Below, piece by piece: positions 48,964-59,150 of a DNA stretch of 64,000 bases; within the stretch, counting starts at the first letter, position 1, and each line of letters opens with the position of its first letter. Made by a program: the position numbers and the translations under genes. The notes under the pieces were generated by a model, which saw only the letters and a program-made list of their open reading frames with translations, had not been told where the DNA came from and ran no database searches. The stretch comes from an uncultured Acidobacteriota bacterium (lineage in GTDB: Bacteria > Acidobacteriota > Thermoanaerobaculia > Multivoradales > UBA5704). The DNA is taken from positions 89,627 to 153,626 of the forward strand of contig CAVXIV010000003.1 of assembly GCA_963761805.1 (NCBI GenBank), read 5' to 3'.

Positions 48964-51900
48964 ATGATCGCAGGGGAGTCGTTTCGGGAGCCGTCGGTTC
49001 TGGAGAGAGCCGCCCGCTGGGAGGCGGGGAAGTCCAATGAAGAGCGCCGCTCGCCCCGGCGCCGCACGCTCGCGGGCGTGCGCATCCTGGAAGGGCCGGA
49101 GCTCGGCGGCGGGCTGCTCGTCACCGACCTCTCGGCCGACGGCGCCTTTCTCCGTACCCCGGCCGCCGTGGCCCCGGACGTACGCCTCCGCCTGTCGCTG
49201 GAGATCCCCACCGATCCCCGCCCCATCCCCCTGACGGCCCGCGTCGTGCGCTCCTCGCCGGACGGCATCGGCGTCCGCTTCGAGGAGGTCTCGGCCCGCG
49301 ACCGTGCCCGCCTGCTGGCCCATGCCGGCTTCTACGAGATGGACGAGGCGATCGTCCGCGTCCAGCGGGCCCTGGGCGACCTGATCCCCGGCAACCTGCT
49401 GCCCCTGGGCGAGCCCTCGGAGATCGAGGCCATCCTGCGCGGCGCGGTGGAGAAGAAGCTGCCCATCACCGCCATCCTGCCGGGGCGCGGCTTCAAGCCG
49501 ATCCCCTGCCGGGCCGTGTCCTTCGGGAGCACCGCCCGCCACGGCGCCTCCCTGCGTCTGGACCTCGTGCCGCCGTCGCGGCCGCGGGTGCTCTACCTGG
49601 CCTTCTCGGACCCGCCGCTGTTCTATGCGTTCGAGGGGATCGCCCTGCTCGGGAGAGGGCCTGCTGGAGCTGATGGCGCCGGAGCGGATCTACCTCACCG
49701 AGCGGCGCACGCAGCGCCGCGCGCCGCCGCGCCGACGCCTACTGCGAGCTGTCGGCCCCCCACGCCCCCGAGGGCCGGCTGCGGCTGCCGGTGATGGACC
49801 TCGGGGAGGGCGGGGCCTCGGTCCGCCTGGAGCCCGCCACCGCCCTGGTGCCCGGCGTGCGCCTGCCGGCCTTCACGCTGGAGGTGGAAGGGGAGCGCCG
49901 GCCGGTGGCGGGCGCCACGGTGCGCTACCTCTCGGCCCTGGACGACGGCGCCCTGCGCGCCGGCCTCCGCTTCGAGGAAGGGGAGACGGAGCGGGACAGC
50001 TTCCGCGAGCTCAAGCGCCACACCGCGAGCGGCGGCCTCGCCACCCGGCTCTCCCGCACCGTCTCGATGCTCGGCGGCAAGGTGGCGAGCTTCGTCCGCC
50101 GGCCCGGCCGCAATGAAGAAGGCGGCATCGAGGTGGTGCGCTTCCGCAACAAGCGCGGCGACACCGTGGCCGGTATCCTCGACGCCAACTTCGACACCAG
50201 CGATCCCGCCATCCGGCCCGACGTGGCGGTGGTGATCGCCCCCGCGATCCTCAAGCGCAAGGAGGTCTTCGGCCTGCTGGCGCGCACGGTCCTCGACGAC
50301 CTCGACCGCGACGGCCGCAAGGTGGTGACCCTGCGCTTCGACGCCTCCCACATCGTGGGCGAGAGCACCATGAACCCCAAGCTGGTGGCCGAGGGGCGGC
50401 CCTACTACAACTGGACCTTCGGCCATCTGGGGGACGACATGGCGGCCTCCCTGCGCTATCTCCAGCGCCGGTTCCGGCCGGCCAAGCGGGCGCTGGTGAG
50501 CGTCTCGCTCTCGGCCATCCCGGCCCGCAAGGTGGCGGTGGAATGCATCGATGCGCCGGTCGACCTGTGGATCGCCCCCTACGGCTGCCCCGACGCCCAG
50601 GACGTGCTGCGCAACTACCTGGCGGGCCTCGACCTGTTCGAGGTCTACCGCCAGGGCGAAGGGCCGGAGACCATCCTCATCCACGGCCGGCCCATCCGCG
50701 GCGACGCCCTCTACGGGCAGGCCATGGAGGCGGGGCTCGCCTTCCTGGAGGACGGCCGGCGCGACCTCGCGCGCCTCCAGGCGCCGGTGGTCTGGATCCT
50801 CGGCACCTACGACTGCTGGGTGACCCGCTCGCGGGTGCGGGCCCTGTTGGACGCGCCGGGCGGCGGCGTGCGCGAGGTCTTCGAGTGCGCCACGGGCCAC
50901 GTGCTCAAGAGCGGGGCCGAGGCCATCGAGCTGTTCAAGCTGGTGGCCGAGTCGATGTCCAAGCACCTGTTCGGGGCGGACCGGCCGGCCCGTGAGCCCA
51001 ACCTCGCCCGCTTCGCCCGCCAGAGCGAATCCGAGTGGGGGCGCGTGCGCCGCCTGGAGCTGGCCGACGCCGAGGGCTTCTGGAAGGAGCACCTGTTCGG
51101 CGTCCAGGGGGACGACGTCGGCTACGACATCCTCCTCGACCACCCCGAGTACCCCCGTTTCCTGGCCCGCCAGGCCGAGCTGCTCGATCCCCGGCCGGGG
51201 GAGGACCTGGCGGACTTCGGGTGCGGCACCGGCAACTTCCTGCTCGCCATGCTGGACGCCTGCCGCGCGGCCGGCGGCGCGCCGGCCTCGCTCACCTTCC
51301 TGGACCTGGTGCCGGAGGCGATCGAGCGCACGCGCGAGAAGCTGCTCACCGATTGCGCCCTGCGCGGCCTGCCCGCGCCCGAGCACCGCGGCCTGGTGGC
51401 GGACCTGGAGGTCTCCCGCCTGGCGGTGATCGCCGACTTCCTGGCCGGCCGCCTGCACGGCGTCGAGGGCCTGGTCCACCGCGTCGAGGGGCTGCCGTTC
51501 GCCACCGCCCGCAAGCTCGCCGCGCGGCTACGGCCGCGAGCTGCACGCCATCCTCCGCGGCGACCCGGCGGACCCGGCCCGGGTGCGCGAGCTCTGCCCG
51601 ACCCTGGAGGACCGCGAGGTGGAGATCGCGCTGGAGATCAGCCGCGCCGCCCGCTTCCTGCAAGGCGGCGCGCTGCCGGAGGACCGCCTGCCCGGCGCGC
51701 CAGCGGACCCGGAGGCCTGCACGGCGCGCCACCTGCGCTTCCGCCACCTCCGCTTCGGCGAAGCCACGCCGCGGCTCCGGCTCGACCTGCCGGACGCTTC
51801 TTTCGACCGCATCGGCTCGTCGCTGGTCCTGCCGTACCTCTACGACCCGCTGGCGGCCCTGCGCGAGATGCACCGGCTGCTCAAGCCCGGCGGCACGCTG

Positions 51901-52198
51901 GTGGTCTCCTCCCTGCGGCCGAACTTCGACCCCTCCAAGCTCTACACCGAGGGGGCCGACATCCTGGCCCGGCAGGCGGAGGACGGCGATTCCCGGGCCG
52001 GCCGCAAGCTGGAGGCGCTGCGCCACTTCGCCAACATGGTCAGCCGCCTCATCGAGCTGGAGGAGGACGGCCGCTTCCGTTTCCTGGACTCCGGCGTCGC
52101 TGGAGGCCCTGATGGCCGAGGCGGGATTCTCGCGGGTCCACACGTTCCATGGTTTCGGATCGCCGCCCACGGCGATCCTCGTCCGCGCGGAGAAGTAG
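48964..52198 (+). pseudogene. PilZ, PilZ, hydrolase-like region and SAM-dependent methyltransferase multidomain gene, with about 4 frameshifts
   Basis: PilZ 1 has RRSPRRR..DLSADGAF. PilZ 2 has RRTQRR..DLGEGGASV. The methyltransferase has motif I (LADFGCGTGNF) and LKPGGTLVV. The C-terminal piece EALMAEAGFSRVHTFHGFGSPPTAILVRAEK is in a third frame. Frame changes lie near 49652, 49725, 51520 and 52090. Confidence 0.7.
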
Positions 52199-52204
52199 AA
52201 GCTG

Positions 52205-54797
52205 ATGAAGGTTGCATCGCCCCGGCTCCCTGGTTTCGAAGAGGCTTTCAACGTCGAAAGGCGGCGGCTTTTCGTCGAACGGTCGCGGTTCCTGCTCTGG
52301 TCCGCCCTCACCCTGTACCCGGCTTTCTGGCTCCTGGATCTCCTGGTGGCGCCGCAGAAGGCGATGCCGTTCCTGGCCATCCGCGCCGGCGTGGCCGGCG
52401 TCTACCTGCTGGGCCTGGCGGCGGTCTACTCGCGCTTCGCGGAACGCCTGGCCCAGCCGCTGGTCATGACCGGGGCGGTCGCCTCGGCGGTGGGCATCTC
52501 GCTGATGGCCGCCCAGCTCGGCGGGTTCGAAAGCCACTACTTCGCCGGCAACGTCATCGTCATCTTCGTCATCGGCGTCTTCATCCCCTGGGAGCTGCCC
52601 GCGGCGGCGGCGCTGTGCGCTCTCATCGTGCTCAGCTATACCGGGATCAATCTGGCCGATCACGGGCCGTCCCAGGCGATGATCGCCCCTCTGTTCTTCC
52701 TCACCGGGGCGTCGGTCTTCACCTGGCTGGCCTGCCTCTCCAACCGCCGGACCCGGCGGCGGGACCTCTCGCTGCGCCTGCGCCTGGAGAAGGCCAACGA
52801 GGAGCTGAAGGAGCTGGACGAGGCCAAGACCCGCTTCTTCGCCAACGTCAGCCACGAGCTGCGCACGCCCCTGACCCTGATGCTCGGCCCCCTGGAGACC
52901 CTGCTGACCTCGGACGACGACGACGACCGGCGCTCCCTGCTGGAGGCCATGGCCACCAACTCGCGGCGCCTGCTGCGCCAGGTCAACGCCCTGCTGGACG
53001 GCGCCAAGCTGGAGTCCGGCCGGCTGCGCCTGGAGCCCGCGCCGGGCAATCTGGGAAGGCTGCTGGCCGAGCTGGCCGCCTCTGCCGCTCCGCACGCCGA
53101 GGGGCGCGGCATCCGGCTGCTCACCGAGCGGCTGGACGAGGTCCCGGATTCCTCCTTCGACCCCCACAAGGCCGAGGTCATCGCCGCCAACCTGCTCTCC
53201 AACGCCCTCAAGTTCACCCCGCCGGCCGGCTGCGTGACCGTGCGCGCCGAGGCCGGGCAAGACTTCGTGGCCTTCGAGGTGGAGGACGACGGCCCGGGCA
53301 TCCCCGAAGGCGAGCTGGAGCGGATCTTCGAGCGCTTCCACCAGGTGGACGGCTCGGCCTCCCGCGAGTTCGGCGGCACCGGCCTCGGGCTCGCCCTGGC
53401 CCGCGAGCTGGCCCGCCTGCACGGCGGCAACGTCGGCGTGCGCAGCCGCCCCGGCGAGGGCTCGGTCTTCCGTGTCGAGCTGCCGCGCGACGTCCGCGGG
53501 GCCGCTTTCGAGCGCCGCCGCCAGCCCCGCCGCCGCGAGGACCAGCTCCTCCAGGCCCGCACCGACGCCCTGGCGGCCCGCGAGTACGCCCTGCGGTCGA
53601 TGCGCGAGACCCTGCTCGCCGACGTCGAGCTGCCGCGCACCGTCCGCGCGGCGCCGGCCCCCCCGCCCGAGGGCGCGCCCCTGCTGCTGCTGGTGGAGGA
53701 CAACGAGGACCTGCGCGGCTTCCTGGCCTCCCGCCTGCTCCCGCCGCTACCGCGTGGAGACGGCGGCGGACGGCGCCGCCGGGCTCGCGGCGGCCGGGCG
53801 CTGCCGTCCCGATCTGATCGTCACCGACGCCATGATGCCGGGCCTGGACGGCTTCGAGCTCTGCCGCCGCCTCAAGGCCGACCCCGCGTTCGCCTCGACC
53901 CCCGTCATCCTGCTCACCGCCCGGGCCGGGAGCGAGGCCGTGGCCGAGGGGCTCGACGCCGGGGCGGACGACTACGTGGTCAAGCCCTTCGCCCTGCGCG
54001 AGCTGGAGGCCCGCATCGCCGCCCACCTGCGCTCGCGCGAGATCGAGCGCCAGCTCCACGAGCGCGAGAGCCGCCTCGCCGCCATCGGCCAGATGACCAG
54101 CTCCGTGGTGCACGACCTGCGCAACCCGCTGACCCTGGTGAAGGGCTACGCCGACCTCGCCCACGCCCTCGCCGTGCGCGGCGGCGACGCCGCCACCATC
54201 GCCCGCGAGCTGGACATGGTGCGCAGCGAGTCCGACCGCCTGCGGCGGATGATCGAGGAGATCCTCGACTTCGCCCGCGGCGGCTCGCCCCGCCTCGACC
54301 TCCAGACCGTGTCCGCCGCCGGTTTCCTGGGCGGCGTCCTCCAGCCGCTGGCCGAGGACCTCCGCGAGCGGGGGATCGAGGCCGAGCTCGACCTGCGGCT
54401 GGACGCCGCGCTCCAGGTCAACCTCGACCGCGACCGCATCCAGCGCGTGCTGGAGAACCTGGTGACCAACGCCCGCGAGGCGCTGGCCTGCTGGGGCTTG
54501 CAGCGGCGGGTGGCGATCCGCGTCCGGACCGAGGGGGACTTCCTCGCGGTGCGGGTGGCGGACTCCGGCCCCGGCATCCCCGAGGAGGCCGCCGGCCACC
54601 TCTTCGAGCCCTTCGCCACCGGCAAGAAGCAGGGGACGGGCCTCGGGCTCGTCACCGTGCGCAACCTCGTGCTGGCGCACGGCGGCGACGTGCGGGTGGA
54701 GACCCGGTCCCCGGAGGGAGGCGCCGCGTTCACGGTCCTGCTCCCTCTGGCCGAGCGGGTGAAGGCCCGCACCCGGGCGCTGAAGGCCGCTTCCTGA
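52205..54797 (+). CDS. hybrid sensor histidine kinase (TM sensor, HisKA/HATPase, REC, second HisKA/HATPase), with one apparent frameshift
   Basis: The first H-box is FFANVSHELRTPL, with G-box GGTGLGLALA. The REC domain is LLLVEDNEDLR..DAMMPGLDG..KPF. The second H-box is VVHDLRNPL, with GTGLGLVTV. The frame changes near 53745. Confidence 0.85.
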
Positions 54798-54882
54798 CTC
54801 CCAGAGCGTTCGTACAGTCTCCCGGATCGCCCGTCCTTCCTCCCGGACCTCTCTACCCGGCTCCCCGGACGTCCTCCCCAAG

Positions 54883-55047
54883 GGGTAGAGCGCTCCGGCC
54901 AACGGGTAGGCCCCCTCCGGCCAACCGATAGAGCCTTCCGGCGAGCGGTTGGACCGCTCTACCCCCTCGGTGGAGCCCTCCACCCGGTGGGTAGAACCTT
55001 CCACCCGTTGGGACGGACCGCCCGGGCGTCGGGACGAACCGCCCGGC
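54883..55047. repeat. array of eight direct repeats of about 21 nt in the intergenic region upstream of 55099
   Basis: Units run from 54883 in this order: gggtagagcgctccggccaac, gggtaggccccctccggccaac, cgatagagccttccggcgagc, ggttggaccgctctaccccctc, ggtggagccctccaccc, ggtgggtagaaccttccaccc, gttgggacggaccgcccgggc, gtcgggacgaaccgcccggc. Confidence 0.6.
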
Positions 55048-55098
55048 TTTCCGGAAGAACGCTTCTTGTGTCTAACCTGTTGCTCAGGAGGTTCGGAC

Positions 55099-56854
55099 AT
55101 GAGAAGACTTTTTCTGCTCGCGTGGCTCGGGCTGTATCCCGCGGTCGCCGGGGCGTTGCAGGTCACGTTGCCGCTGGAGAAATACGAGGACCTGCGCGCC
55201 CGCGCCGGCGCCGGGGGGGAGGAGCCGGCGCCTCCCCCGGCGCCCTGGGCGCTGGAGTCCGCCGACTACGAGGTCAAGGCGGGACCGGAGAGCGCCCGGG
55301 TGGTCCAGACGCTGCGCTTCACCCTGTTCGACGACAAATGGCGGTCCCTCCCCCTGGGCGAGGCCGGCGCGTTCATCCGCGCCGACTTCCGGGGGCTGGA
55401 GGGGCGGGTGGACGTGGCCGGCGGGACCTGGGTCCTCCAGGCCCGGGGCCGCGGCGCCCATGAAGTGACCCTCGAATCCGCCGTGCCGGTCGTCCGCGAC
55501 GAGACCGCCACCCGGCCCACCTGGCGCTTCGGCCTGCGCTTCCCCGCCGCGGCGGTGGTGCGCGGCCGCATCGAGGCGCCCGCCGCCGTCGAGGAGGTCG
55601 AATCCGAGGGGCCGGGCCTGACCCGCCGCGCCCCGGAAGGCGGCTGGACGTTCGTGGCCCTGCCCAACGGCGAGGTCCGCTGGACCCTCTCCGGCCGCGC
55701 CACCCTGCCGCGCCGCGCCCTGCTGCCGCTGCGCTTCGAGGCGACCACGGCCACCGCCACGACCCTCTCCCGCACCCGCCTCCAGGCGCTCGGGTGGATC
55801 GAGGCCCGGGTGGCCCAGGGGCGGCTGGAGGCCCTGCGCGTGCCGGTCCCCGCCGGGCTCAAGGTGGTGACCGTCCGCGGCCCCGTGGCGGGATGGGACG
55901 CGAAGGAGGGAGCTTTGGTGATCACCCCGCTGGCGCCCGTGGAGGACAGGCTGGCGGTCGAGGTGGAGCTCACCGGCGAGCCGCGGGACGTCTTCGAGAC
56001 GCCGCTGCTGATCCCGGAAGGGAGCGTCCGCACGCTGACGCTCGCCAAGGCGGCGCTGCGGGGGGACGGACTGCTGACCCTCGCCGATCCCGGCGCGGCG
56101 CGCGGGGCGGAGGAGGGGGAGGCGGCGAAGCTCCCGGCCTCCCTCAAGGAGCGGGACGGCAAGCTCTTCGCCGTGGCCGACGTCCGCCGGCCGCCGCGCT
56201 GGGAGGCCGTGTGGGCCGAGAGCACGGAGGTGCTGGCGGCCCAGATCGACCGGCTGCTGGTGAACGTGGCGGTGGGGGAATCCGGCCGGGCGTCGTACCA
56301 GCTCTGGGCGGAAGTGAGGAATCGCGGCGCCCAGCAGCTCTCGCTGACCCTGCCCGCGGGCTTCGCGCTCGCGGCCGGCCACCGCGACGGCGCCGCCGTC
56401 ACGCCGGGGACCGACGGCAAGACCCTGTCCGTGCCTTTGCTGACCCAGCAGGCGCCGCAGGTCGTCCATCTCGACGGCGTCGTCCCTCTGACGCTGCCGC
56501 GGGACGGGAGCTTCGAGATCCCGATGCCTGCACTGTCGGTCCCGGCGGCTCGGGTCGAGGTCAGGGTGCTGCTGCCGGGAGGGCGCTCGTACTTCCTGGC
56601 CGAGCCGGCCCGGGCCGGGCACGTGGGTGCTCTCCCCCAGACGGCCGCCCGCCGGCCGGTTTCCGAGCTGTCCCGGCAGGTGAACGCCCAACTGACCGTC
56701 AACGCCGTGGCCGCGGCCTCCCAGGCTCGTCAGCTTCTACCCGCATCCTCCGGGGTTCATCTTCCTGGACGCGGCGTGGAGCGCCCTCTCGGCCACCCCC
56801 TCCCCCCTGGCGATCCGCGCCGAAGCGGAAAAGGAGAAATCCCCATGGTTCTGA
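55099..56854 (+). CDS. secreted protein of unknown function (paralog A), with an apparent frameshift near its 3' end
   Basis: ATG follows AGGAGG. The signal peptide is MRRLFLLAWLGLYPAVAGA. The C-terminal 40 aa (SFYPHPPGFIFLDAAWSALSATPSPLAIRAEAEKEKSPWF) are in another frame from about 56730. The stop overlaps the ATG of the next gene. Confidence 0.55.
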
Positions 56855-59150
56855 GAACGTGGCTGCTGCTCTTTGTGCTGGCCGTCTGCCGCGGAGGGGC
56901 CGCGGAGGCGCCGTCGCCGGGGGAGGTCACCCTTCCCCTCAAGGACTACCTGACGCTGGTCGAGACCGTCGAAAGGGTGGAGAAGGAGAGGAAGGACCGC
57001 GCGGAGCGCAGGGAGGCTCCCGTGGCCGAGGTCGTCGCCCAGCGTGTGCGGGTCTCGCTGAACGCGGACGACACGGCGGACGTGACCTCCGAGATGGAGG
57101 TCCTGGTGCAGGGAGCGCCGGAGAAGCCGGTGACGCTCCCGGTGACCGGCGTCCCCCGGCAGGCGGAGGTGAAGGGACCGGTCCGCCGCCCTGACCGCCG
57201 GGGCCAAGGCCGGCGAGTGGCTGCTGGTGGCTCCCGAGCCCGGCCGCTACGCCGTCCGCTTCGCCGGCCCCGTCGCCATGGAACGCCGGGGCGTCAGCCG
57301 GCTCGTCATGGCGCCGGTGGCGGCGCCCGTCTCGTTGACCGAGATCGAGCTGCCGGCCGATCTCGCCTGGAGCGCGCCGGGCTCCGTGATCGTGGAGGAC
57401 ACCGTGGAGGACCGGGTGGACGGCGCCCGCCGCACGGTGCGCCTCACGGCCAGGCGCGGGGAGAGCCCGGCCCTGGAGGTGCGGCGCAAGGTGGACGGCG
57501 GCGAGGCCGACCGTCTGCTGGCTCAGGCCCTGGTCCTCACCCTGGTGCAGCTCCAGCCCGACGGTCCCCGGCGGCACGACGTGGTGCTCTACGAGGTCTC
57601 GCGCGGCGGCCTCGGCGGCTTCACGGTCGATCTGCCCCCCGGACTGGTCGTCGATCAGGTGGGCACGGACGAAGGGGACGTCGTGCCGGCGGTGGAGGCC
57701 CGGCGGCTCACCGTGCACCGCCGCAAGCAGCTCCAGGGCGTGGGCTACCTGGTGCTGACCTCGACGCCCGCGCCCGGCGCCGAGCTGGCCCTGGAACCGG
57801 TGGTCCCCGACGTCGAGGTGCGGGCGCGCTTCCTGGCCCTCTCCTCCTCGGTGGCGGCGGAGGTGCGGCCCCTCCCCGAGCCGGCCTGGGACCGCGTCGA
57901 TCTGGACGACCTGCCGTCCTCGCTGCGCGACGCCCTGGGGCCGGTGGACCTGGCGGCGGCCTGGCGGCTGAACGGCGCGCCGTCCGGCCCCCGGGTCGCC
58001 GATCTCCCTGCTGCCGCCGGCCGCCGAGCCTGCCGGCCCTGGTGCGCCTGCGGGAGACCACGACGCTGATGACCGTGGACGGCACCCTCCTGCACCGGGA
58101 CCGCATCACCCTGCGGCCCAGCGGCCTCGGCTCGGCGCTGGACGTGGCGCTGCCGCCCGCGGCCCGGCTCTGGTCGGCCAAGGTGGACGAGCTGGCGGTG
58201 CGCCCGCTGGTGAGGGGCGGCGGCGCGATCTCCGTCCCGCTGGGGTTCGAGACGGGCAAGGACGTGGTGGTGGAGGTCGTGTCGGTGCTGGAGAAGGCGG
58301 TGCCGGCGGGACGGGCGGAGCTCGCCCTGGGCCTGCCGCGCATCGTCGCGCCGGTCCAGGAGCACCGCTGGCGTCTGCTGTTGCCGGACGGCCATCGGTA
58401 CCGGTTCCGCGAGGGCACCTTGCGGCCGGCGGCGGTGGGCGCAAGCCCTACTGGCCCAGGAGCGTCGGGATCCCAGAGCCATCTGGAGTCGATCCCGGGG
58501 TCCTGACGGATCGCATCACCGTCGGAGGCAACGAATCGGGTCAACAGACGATGTTTGTAGGCCCGGGAGGGAAGGGTCCTGCATGGGCACGGTCGTGGAC
58601 GAACAAGGGCTCGCGCTTCCCGGAGTTACGGTGACGCTGCAAGGGCCGTTCGCTCCGCTCGTTACAGGTCACGGACGCGCCTCGGGCTCTTCCGCTTCGT
58701 CGGCCTGTCCACGGGGACCTACAGGATCAAGGCGGAGCTGGAGGGGTTCAGCACCATCGATTTTCCCAACGTCCAGGTGTCCAAGGGTAGGACGACGAAC
58801 CTCGAGATGAGGCTCAGCGCCGCCGTCGAGGACGTCATCACCGTGACGGCCGAGACTCCGCTGCTCGACGAGCGGCGGACCGGCAACACGCAGACTTCGA
58901 CGTCAACGAAGGCGGGAGCGGCGGCGGCTCCCTGCGTTTCCACCGCAAGCCGAAGAAGCGGGAGGCGCCCGCCTACTCCGACTTCGAATCCTTCGAGGAA
59001 CAGGCGAACAGCCTCAAGGAGGGGCTGGTGGGAGGCGTGAAGCCGCTGCCGATCGCCATCCCGGAGTCCGGCAAGCTGCTGCTGCTGACCGGCGTGCTGC
59101 CGCCGCCGGAGATCGGGGTGACGCTGGAGGTGCGGGCGAAGAAAGATTAG
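56845..59150 (+). pseudogene. secreted paralog B with an inserted carboxypeptidase-regulatory-like domain, broken by at least 6 frameshifts
   Basis: The signal peptide is MVLRTWLLLFVLAVCRGGAA. The VTLPLKDY start parallels paralog A. Pieces lie in all three frames and include GTVVDEQGLALPGVTVTLQG, YRIKAELEGFSTIDFPNVQV, ITVTAETPLLD, and IPGVLTDRITVGGNESGQQ. The C-terminus PIAIPESGKLLLLTGVLPPPEIGVTLEVRAKKD parallels the paralog A tail. Confidence 0.5.
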
